IMG/VR virus record: IMGVR_UViG_3300042326_002445
Location: 1-64,000 of that record
Reading direction: 5' to 3' (one strand)
Length of the DNA: 64,000 nucleotides
Shown: positions 21,101 through 29,500 of the stretch, one piece after another
Layout: each line of letters opens with the position of its first letter
Numbering within the stretch: position 1 is the stretch's first letter
Made by a program: the position numbers and the translations under genes
Notes under the pieces: generated by a model
The model's database searches: none
Told to the model about the DNA's origin: nothing
The model's input: the letters and a program-made list of their open reading frames with translations, nothing else

Positions 21101-24100
21101 CAGTACCTGTATACATGTCGTCAATCAAGTCATTTGATTTTGTAGTAACTGCCTCTGGCTATATATATGTATCTTATGAAACATTTGCATATGACCATTC
21201 TGATATCATAGTTATAAGTAAAAACGACATTGGCTGGAGTACTCAATTTAATATAAGCAATGATAGAGGCTCGTCTATCAGGCCTTCTATGATACTGGAC
21301 GAAAATGATGGGGTTCATGTACTTTGGTCTGACTCTAGGACTGGCGTATACGAAATTATGCATGCATATTTTGACTCGTTTGCAAGGAATTGGGTGGGCG
21401 TTGGAGATGATGCTAGAGCAATTAGTTCCAGTGGATATGCTGCATACAATCCTGCAGTATCGGGAAGAATGAATTATTTATATGCAACTTGGACTGAATT
21501 GGATCCAAATGGAAATAGTCATATAAAGATAGCTAAATACAATATAGCCTTACATTCTTGGACAAATGAAAGTGGCCTAGAAATAGGAAAGCTTGTTAGC
21601 AATCCTGGCATATCAAAAGCTGACTTATCTGATATCATTGCAGATAAAGATGGAAACGTGCATATTGTTTATCAAGATATTATAGAGAATGCTTATAAAA
21701 TATTTTATAGACAATGTTCTGCTGAGCTAAATTTTTATGACTTGCCTAGTTCAATTGTGTCTATAAATGAAATTTCACATTCCGTTGAGCCTTCCATATC
21801 TTTAGTGGATTCTTCTGGCGATTTGATACTGTGCTGGAAAAAATCGAATGATTATATAGCCAAAGACCTTGCAACATCTTCTTTTGACTTTACGGATCCA
21901 TATTCTCCAAATCTATTAACTCAAACAGAGACTGGAAAGCTCGCAGATAATGGGTATTATTTTGCCAGATGGAGTAGAGTATATAGATCTTGGCTATCGT
22001 CTGGTAGTTCTATAGTAAATGATTCTGGATCTACTGAGGGCGGGTATGACTCAAGACTTGACATAGGTAGACTTGGAGGCTCTTCTAGCGTCGCTTTACC
22101 AAAATTAATTTCTTCTAATAACTTTATCAGCACATTGTTGTATGATGATTTTTCAGATGAAAATACTAGAGCATATATATATGAGCTTGACGTAAGTTTA
22201 CCTTCAAATATATTGGGTTTTGATAACCAAGATCCGTATAGTTTTTCTTTGAATCCTGTTAGTGATGCACTTGTGCGTAAAAGTCTTTTAATCGGAGACG
22301 CTAGTAATTATGTGTCTACTGGAATGACTATTAAATCTGTGAGTTACTCAGTTTCTGGTGCAAGAAACCCACTATCTTATAGAAAAGTCGGATATCTAAC
22401 GCACATTATGCCATCAGATCCAATTATAAAGTCTTTTGTGGCTGATGATGGGGATGTATGGATGATAGGAAAAAGTGGCATATATTATTACGACTATGCA
22501 AGTGACCAAGTGTTTAACTCTTGGGAATCTAGCTTATGGGACAATAATAATTTAGCATCTATTATTGGCAATGCTTCATACGTTATAAAAGATGCATTTA
22601 TTGATCCCTTTGGAAACATGTTTGTTTTTATGCATATAGACAATAGTTGCAAGTTATTAATTTCAGCAGACCATTTTAGATGGTTTGAAGTTTCAATTAA
22701 TGATTTTACGTTTGATGTCAATAAAAATATTAAAATTAATTTCAATGGTACTGGCAATATGGTTGTTGGAAAAATAGGTCAAACATGTTTGATAAAAGAC
22801 TATATTTTAGAAATAAGAAATCAAATACCTAATTCAAGCTTTGCTGACAGTTCAGGTAATGAAAATAGTCAGCTTCCCAAGCTACAGTTGGAATTTACCT
22901 CATCTACTAGTAGTCCTTCTTTATCTAATATTTTTGATATTAATGATATTACCATCGATAATAGTAATAACATTTCAGTGTCAACTAATTTGGGATTATT
23001 TTTTGGTCAAATTGGCAATCTTACATATTACGGTATCGAAGACGGCCTCCCAGGAAGCATAGTAAAGTCAGTCTATGCCAAAGATGCATATAGCAGAATA
23101 TGCACTTTTGAAAGAAAAGTTGCATATATGAATGGGGCATCATTTGATGAAATTCCATTAATATCTAATTATCCAATTTCTACTTTTAATGGCGTTTCTT
23201 CCTCTAATCAAACAAGTCAAAGATTTGATTCCGGCAAATTGATTAACACGGAAGAGTACGGCAAATATTTACTGATATCCAGTCAAAATGGACTGATAGT
23301 TATCCTTAATAGTGATCCCGTTCTTATGAGGAAGCTTCCAAAGAGTGTATTTTTTGGATCAGAATTACTGGATATTATTTCTTCTGAAAATGCAAGATCT
23401 ATTGTCAATAAGGAATTGAAGTTTAGTTTACCAAGTTATGTTTTGAATGATCCAAATATAAATAAATTTGTGGTACAAGTTTTTATAAATGGAAATGCAA
23501 TAAATAGAGGTTATGAATTTAGCGCTAAGCAACAAGTGATTAATTTCTTGACATCGTTACTGCCTAATGATAAAGTAACTTTTAATTTGAGAACAGATAT
23601 TGTTCTAGAAAACAATTTTTCTCAAAATGGCGCAGAAAAAGCCGCATTTGGCGTAGAGACAAGAAATGTAAAAAGTATTCTTTTTGATAATGGTCAGTCT
23701 TATGCCGTCGTGCATGGCAACTCTGACTATATAGCAGTGAGTGACGAGAATATATCTCTTCCTTATGATGAAGTAATATTAGATAGAACTCCGCCTAGTG
23801 GTAAGGTTAAATTTATATCGCAAACTGGTCCTGATTCCATATATTTAGGCATAGACCCTCCATCTCAAAATACGCCTTATGACGCAGTAAGCGGTATCGC
23901 CTCAATGGTTATATCTAATTATGACAATTTCACTTCGGACGGTAGTACGCCTATAGATCCCATTCCGTTTAGGCCAACTGTAGGTCATAATCTGATATCT
24001 GCTCTAAGCAATAATGCAAGTATATTTGAAAGTGATACAGACAATTTCTCTAAGCTTATCACTTTTACTAGACCCAATTCAGTTCAAAAACTATATGCGT

Positions 24101-26565
24101 TTACATCATCACCAATAAGAATTTATGAAAGAGAAACTTCAGGTTCTTTTTCTGATATTCCATTGGCAATTTTAGAAAATGGAAATGATGATTTTGCAAT
24201 TGGATTTGTGCATAAATTTGGCTCATCTCTCATCATAGGAACAAGATCAATAAGCGGAATTAATTCTGGCAAGGTTATTAAGACTACAGATATGCAGACA
24301 TTTACAGAGATCGCAGTGTTGCCAGGGTCTGGGGCTACTTCTGCTTTTATGTCTACATTTGATCAAAATCTTTATATTGGCACGGATGGGTCTTTGTCTT
24401 CTGATCCAAATGGATCTATAGTTGTTTACAATGGGGAATCTGTGTCTAGTTTTAAAAATAGACTTGACAAGGCCATTTTGTCATTATCTGGGTTTGAACG
24501 GTTCTTGTTTGCTGGCACTTATGATTCTGGTTATATTTATAGAATAGATATTGCATCTGGAGTTGTAGAGATAATCCATGCAGATTCTTCAGATGCCATT
24601 CTATCTTTAACTACATTAGGAACTGCAGTGTTTGGCGGTACTGCAGGAAGAGGTGTGATTATAAGAGCAAAAGATAATGATGTAGGTTTTATAGACTCAT
24701 TTAAAACAGTTCCGTCCAACATCAATGTATTGAAGACTATCCAGCTTTCGGATAATACTTCTAGAATATATGCTGGAGTCGGCAGTAAGCTTTACAGTTT
24801 TAAAAACGCTTGGACATTAGAGGGAACTGCAGATTCAGATATTAATGATTTTGTTATTGACGAAAATGACAGATTAATATTCTGCTCTAACAGTCAGGTC
24901 AAGTCTGTTCAACCTGAAGGCTCTCAAGAAAGAAGGGTATTCGTTAAATTAATAGATAACGCCGGAAATGAAACTGATATTAAATCTGCTCCAGACACAA
25001 TTGCTCCTCCAGATGGCTATAATGATGATTTGACTCTTGTGTTGACTTCAGAAGAGCTAGCCGCTACTTATCTGCAATCAAAAATGTTGGAAGTAGATGG
25101 CAGTGGAAATGTAGTGTATTATATAAATGGAGATGCGCCTTTTTATTCTTCTGAAAGAATAATGAAAGAGACAGGAGTGTATTTAAGTGAAGTATTTAAT
25201 GGTACTACGGGTCATGTATCTTGGGGCAAATTTGCTTGGGAAGGTTTTTCTCCAGATGGGACAGACATAAGATTTTATATCAGAGTATCTGATTCTCGCA
25301 GTGGTATATTGAGTCAGCCATTTACTTTTGAAATAGATAAAAACTCTAATAACGTAGATATATCTTTTTTGAATGGTCAATATTTGCAGATTAAAGTAGT
25401 AATGCGTTCACTTGTTAACACGTCTCCATATGTATCTAAAATTGTTATAACAAACAACGCAGGGTCTGCAAGTCATTTCTTCACAAACACCTTCCCATTG
25501 CCTGCAAATATCAAGAGGGGCATTATTACTTTAGAGAAAGATTTGCCAGTAGGTTCTGATATAATTGTTGGTGTGTCTGGAAGAGATGCAACAGATTTTT
25601 CTCAATATCAAATTATCCCAGAAAATAGAATATTTAGTTTTGATAATAGCAATCAAGGACAGAAATTGCGCGTGGGATTTAGATTTGTGTCGCCACAAAA
25701 TGTTTCAGATGTACCTGCGGGAAGTGATTTAGGAAGTTTACAAGGTCTTGGTAGTATACTTTCTAATTCTATCTATTTTGATTTTGAAAATACTACAGGA
25801 AATTCAAGACTTGTTGATTTTAAAATAGATATTTTTGAAGATCAAAATATGCAAGTTCTTAATTCTTCTTTTGATTCTTTATCTTCTCCTCAGCTTTTTA
25901 GAGTAAATGGAAACCCATTCCCAGGAGGTGGAGGAGTGAATATTCCTTCTGGGTTTGGATATAGGTTCCACTTCATCCCATTTGGCGCAGAGCTCGCTTG
26001 TGACTCAAATTATTTTGTTAAAGTTTCAGTTATAGAAGGCGCAAATGTGAGTCAGTATGGGAATTTGATACCATTTAGAAAAGTATGTGGCGTTAATTTT
26101 GTAAATGATATAAATTTCACATATATTAATCAACAAGATACTGTGCAAAATCTTCATTTTGAAGTTGCATTCTATGAAGACGAATTAAGACAAAATATTG
26201 TCAAATCTTATTCTAGTTTATATCCAGCTACTAATTTCAAATATTTAGCAGACTTTTTCGACTATCCTCTTGGAGGTCTGATCTTAGAGCCTAATCAGTC
26301 ATCTGTTATTTCTTTAAGCTTTATTAACCAAGAAATATCTAAGTTTGACTCCACTAAAACTTATTATGTTACTATAAGTTATTTTGACTTGAACCAAAGT
26401 GCTACATCAAGAAGTGTAGAGTCTATGAATTATACTTTCCGTGTCGTGTACGTTAATTCTGATATCGCTTGCGGATCATCTTCTGGAGTGCCTGTACTAA
26501 AGGGATTCGCATTTATGTTTGAACTAGAAGACGGGCGTTTAATAAAATTCAACTACTTATCCTAA
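18139..26565 (+). CDS. Giant (2808 aa) Ig/FN3 plus multiple beta-propeller putative virion/tail protein
   Basis: N-terminal FN3/Ig-like domains; propeller repeats (RPSMILDENDGVHVLWSDSR, SDIIADKDGNVHIVYQD); a Reg_prop-like YGIEDGLPGSIVKSV motif; C-terminal domains paralogous to 371..10231. No signal peptide. Confidence 0.7.
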   Translation: MIEYIDISINGKKFIDEPLKVLPKGFVIAWQFGPSQFSQSGFDIKIGSDSFGLGTDLFVGNVYEHVGSNKARQDYSFFPGVNLPRSLELYGQIRIFDQFGNTSFWKTFTVYVNDIPHIIDAYFLNNYGIESGITLNVIKPNADTLIKTRWFQNGKMQSYLDDSYSVPSRNIEYGDVWNAQVIPYNELESGLLFDVDSILIPNPNVYVSNISIIPSNPNPDDILEVSYSLYKNNVLENIGDESVVRWYVNDVEVSGSSDSKFARLNIRPNDIVHARIDSNWSGFSGNSVLTDRVTIGDYNLQLENCVINGVSDSNFVSYDAVNVLWNVSDNIKEKVHKYHIKLGHSEGSSNLLSTHVDSNVYSFFIPPDVLEKGMDYYVSVAPVDKNNNIGRYETVYFKTFGNTWNDNISASNGYTIFIKLKCEILTGEESPLDVLSLNIADGAQSYVVDFHKSFVRINIDTNTKVKADVDNSIFREYILSVKGNDINLYVDGILLAKYNQSTQISKDKYFNLIPRGGNGDLKCTISSIRLSVDNAYHLDSGEVSALTSFSEIIDLPNLVINDIEVTPNGVLVAAKDISDEYSKIYKYDYSKNNLKFDVESLSESVFVVNHVDISPAHESFAVSSNKGISLFKGDPFLSWDSSVEFQSLSDLYDNNWSVVSSSGGSGISIVSDGLYISNSFASVGRVSTIKRSNELEYPSFVIKSLFLNEFSFSVNNGILSILNNGDTNLRQHSVNLDNFTTIDNLVTYLKDLFATVDNTSYIKDFFSFYILNGTNNLSTLDLVEYSSDSQQVEYIFYINNTADSIDPYADASQTSFSGGRAFISHNSPGSPWFDSANSASGYSLEIECKVNPLEDSLRPVGFSDKNFLGIYINDGSYDQEISFSNSSIRIAKIGKNIPIDLSEMTKLRFNGIDGRVKLWKKSSADRDYVLLDSFALNPISNISRNITNHKIFNVNSKTYVMWIEDDGDYDSIRYVESLESGQFSAVYTVPVYMSSIKSFDFVVTASGYIYVSYETFAYDHSDIIVISKNDIGWSTQFNISNDRGSSIRPSMILDENDGVHVLWSDSRTGVYEIMHAYFDSFARNWVGVGDDARAISSSGYAAYNPAVSGRMNYLYATWTELDPNGNSHIKIAKYNIALHSWTNESGLEIGKLVSNPGISKADLSDIIADKDGNVHIVYQDIIENAYKIFYRQCSAELNFYDLPSSIVSINEISHSVEPSISLVDSSGDLILCWKKSNDYIAKDLATSSFDFTDPYSPNLLTQTETGKLADNGYYFARWSRVYRSWLSSGSSIVNDSGSTEGGYDSRLDIGRLGGSSSVALPKLISSNNFISTLLYDDFSDENTRAYIYELDVSLPSNILGFDNQDPYSFSLNPVSDALVRKSLLIGDASNYVSTGMTIKSVSYSVSGARNPLSYRKVGYLTHIMPSDPIIKSFVADDGDVWMIGKSGIYYYDYASDQVFNSWESSLWDNNNLASIIGNASYVIKDAFIDPFGNMFVFMHIDNSCKLLISADHFRWFEVSINDFTFDVNKNIKINFNGTGNMVVGKIGQTCLIKDYILEIRNQIPNSSFADSSGNENSQLPKLQLEFTSSTSSPSLSNIFDINDITIDNSNNISVSTNLGLFFGQIGNLTYYGIEDGLPGSIVKSVYAKDAYSRICTFERKVAYMNGASFDEIPLISNYPISTFNGVSSSNQTSQRFDSGKLINTEEYGKYLLISSQNGLIVILNSDPVLMRKLPKSVFFGSELLDIISSENARSIVNKELKFSLPSYVLNDPNINKFVVQVFINGNAINRGYEFSAKQQVINFLTSLLPNDKVTFNLRTDIVLENNFSQNGAEKAAFGVETRNVKSILFDNGQSYAVVHGNSDYIAVSDENISLPYDEVILDRTPPSGKVKFISQTGPDSIYLGIDPPSQNTPYDAVSGIASMVISNYDNFTSDGSTPIDPIPFRPTVGHNLISALSNNASIFESDTDNFSKLITFTRPNSVQKLYAFTSSPIRIYERETSGSFSDIPLAILENGNDDFAIGFVHKFGSSLIIGTRSISGINSGKVIKTTDMQTFTEIAVLPGSGATSAFMSTFDQNLYIGTDGSLSSDPNGSIVVYNGESVSSFKNRLDKAILSLSGFERFLFAGTYDSGYIYRIDIASGVVEIIHADSSDAILSLTTLGTAVFGGTAGRGVIIRAKDNDVGFIDSFKTVPSNINVLKTIQLSDNTSRIYAGVGSKLYSFKNAWTLEGTADSDINDFVIDENDRLIFCSNSQVKSVQPEGSQERRVFVKLIDNAGNETDIKSAPDTIAPPDGYNDDLTLVLTSEELAATYLQSKMLEVDGSGNVVYYINGDAPFYSSERIMKETGVYLSEVFNGTTGHVSWGKFAWEGFSPDGTDIRFYIRVSDSRSGILSQPFTFEIDKNSNNVDISFLNGQYLQIKVVMRSLVNTSPYVSKIVITNNAGSASHFFTNTFPLPANIKRGIITLEKDLPVGSDIIVGVSGRDATDFSQYQIIPENRIFSFDNSNQGQKLRVGFRFVSPQNVSDVPAGSDLGSLQGLGSILSNSIYFDFENTTGNSRLVDFKIDIFEDQNMQVLNSSFDSLSSPQLFRVNGNPFPGGGGVNIPSGFGYRFHFIPFGAELACDSNYFVKVSVIEGANVSQYGNLIPFRKVCGVNFVNDINFTYINQQDTVQNLHFEVAFYEDELRQNIVKSYSSLYPATNFKYLADFFDYPLGGLILEPNQSSVISLSFINQEISKFDSTKTYYVTISYFDLNQSATSRSVESMNYTFRVVYVNSDIACGSSSGVPVLKGFAFMFELEDGRLIKFNYLS

Positions 26566-29500
26566 TGACATTTTATACTGAAAAATTTAATCTTCCATTT
26601 TTTTCTAGAGGCGAAATTTATTCTGCCTCCAAAGACAAAAAAAGGTTTGAAATCATTGACGAAGAATTGTCATATCTTTCTTCTTTGATTGGTTCTGGAG
26701 TAGTTAATGGATTAAGGGTATCAAAGATTTCTGGTAATTCAATTAAAATTGAAAGTGGAGTATTTTGTATAGATGGAAAAATGTTTGAGAATGCAGTAGA
26801 CCAAGTTTTTGAAGTTGGCTATATTGGCACTAGTTATGTTAGAATTAACAATGGTTCTTCTGGAACTTTGATATTTGGAAGATCAAGTAATATTGAAACA
26901 ATTAATTATACTGATACTGGTGTTGACAGGATGATAGAAAATGTTAAATTTGAGACTATTAGTCCTTACAGTGTGGATATTGAAATTGATAGTCCATTGC
27001 CAGCAGATGCTAAAAAAATAAGAATATATAGATCAACAAGTGATCTGTTTAACACTGCAGAGCCAGTGTCCGTTATAGATTATCCAAATATTAAATTCAC
27101 TGATGATGGTATCACTGCTGGCGTCACTTATTATTACTGGTTAACAATAGAAGATGTCAATGGTTTTATGTCAGATGTTTCTGATTCTTTTATTTACGTA
27201 AGCCAGGGAGATTTTTCCGTGCCAGATATGCCATCATCTTTAAAATGCTTTCCTGCTCATAGAAGTGTATGTGTGAATTGGAAACATTCTTTTAGTAAAA
27301 ATGTTGATTATTACTTGGTAACTTTAAATCAGGCTGGAGTTTTACAAGAAAGAGTTGTTGCAAACAACATAAATCATACTGTTTTTTCAAATTTAAAAAA
27401 TGGTGTTGTATGCTCAATATCTATAAGAGCCGTCAGTTCATTTGGAGTAGAGTCTTCAGATTCAACAATAACTGCTGTTCCAAGCTTTCATCCAGGAGCC
27501 AGAGATTCAGATTCAATTTATGGCGTATTTTCGCCAGCCTATATTGAAAATACCATGCGCTCTTTTATAGATATTACATGGTCCGATCCAAATATAGATC
27601 CAGGTTTGCCAGATTTATCTGCAGGTGAGCTAAAGGAACTGGAGGGCTTTGTTGTTAGTGTTCGTTATCAGGTATGGGAATTAAGGGTTAATGGTACTTT
27701 TTCAATACAGGGTGAGCCAACAGATTCATTTATCCCAAATCACATAAAATTTTCTAGTTATTTAAGAAAGAATTCACAAAATCAATTAGTTAATGAGCCA
27801 TTAAAAGATAATACAACATACTTAATAAGACTTACCAGAGTAGTTAATGGAATGGAAAGCGTTGGCAGATATATTACTGTAGCAACTGGAGATGTGACGC
27901 CTCCATCTAAAGCTTTTAATATTTCTGGTTCTTTACAAAATGACAGTACCATACTATTTACATGGTCTGTAGATAAAATATCTGAAATTTTAAAACAAAA
28001 AGTTGTTGTTAAAAGTGCACCTATAATAAGTACTCAGTATAATTACACTAATATCGCATCTCCTGCGATAAGATTTGAATCAATAACAAGTAGTGGGTCA
28101 AATTCAAATGGAATAATCTCTGCTATTTTTGAAGATATTCCGCCTTTTAAAATTGGATTTACAGGGTCTTATATAATATGTAAAATAGATGAAGATAGAA
28201 TAGAATATTTAAACAACAATTTATCTTTAGACGGGTTTTCAGGAGTCAAGATTGAAGTTTTATCATCTTCAAAAGAAATTTTAATATCTACAGAAAATAA
28301 ATCATTTTCAGATGTAGTAGACGCTTTCAATAGCACTCCTGCGGTGATAAAGTTAACCTTTGTGCCTGGGTCTGGATTTGCTAAATCTATTTCTATAGGA
28401 TTATCTCAATTTTTTAATATACAAAATATATCCTATTACAATGATAAAGAAAATTTATTTGATAGAGCAATAAGTGCAGAGCCTGTTGATTTTAAACCTG
28501 GGATCACTGAATCTTTTGGAGAAAATATTTCATATACGGTGGAGCTTCTAACTTTAAATAATGGATTTTCTTTCTCTGATATTCAAAAGAGCATAATAGT
28601 TGGAGATTATCAGTTAGATATTTCTGACGAGATTGGGAATACAACTTCATATACGCTTGAAGATGCCTATGTGCTTCCTGACAGAAGATACAGTATATCT
28701 GTTTATTTATATGATTTTACTGGCAACCAAAGTGCTGTATCGGAATATTATTTTGACACTCCAAGTACATGGCAAGTTAATCCAGAAAAAGCTCCTATGA
28801 TGCAGATATTATCTGCCCAAGAAAACTTTTTAAAAGTTTCTTGGATACCATCTCCTTCAGAATATGTTTCTAGATATCAAGTATATAGAATTGACATTGG
28901 GACAAGCGATGTAATAAGCTTTCAAAATGAAAGAAATGCTCAATGGACTTATGTAGGTTATGTAGATGCAAACAATCATGAGTTTGTTGATTACTCTGTC
29001 ACTCCTGGAAATTACTATATTTACAGAGTTACTACTGTTGGATTGTTGAAGCAAACTTCTCCTGTATTTTTTGGATTAATGGAAAATGATGTAACTACTG
29101 CAGTAAAAAAAGTCAATAAATTATATAATAATGAGTTTGTTCCAGACATATCCGTAGATCAAAGTAATAATGATGTCATTGTAAAAATAAATAAACAGAG
29201 TGGTGATTTTGATGGATTTAAGATTTATAGAAGTTTTGATATGGAAGAATTCAAATTAGTTGGCTCGCTGTCTACTGGAGAATATGAATTCATTGATAAA
29301 AGTGTGCTTATAAAAAGTGGATCTTATAGATACTTAGCTATACCTGTAACTACCCAGTCTGCAGTAATTATAACAAATGATGAAACTATAAATGATGGAG
29401 TGCTTCTTGCTGAAGTTGTTGTGGGCATAGATTCTATGGATGTCATTGATAAAAGAAAATCAGTTTTACTTGGCTCTTCATCTGTGATGCCTGAATTGTC

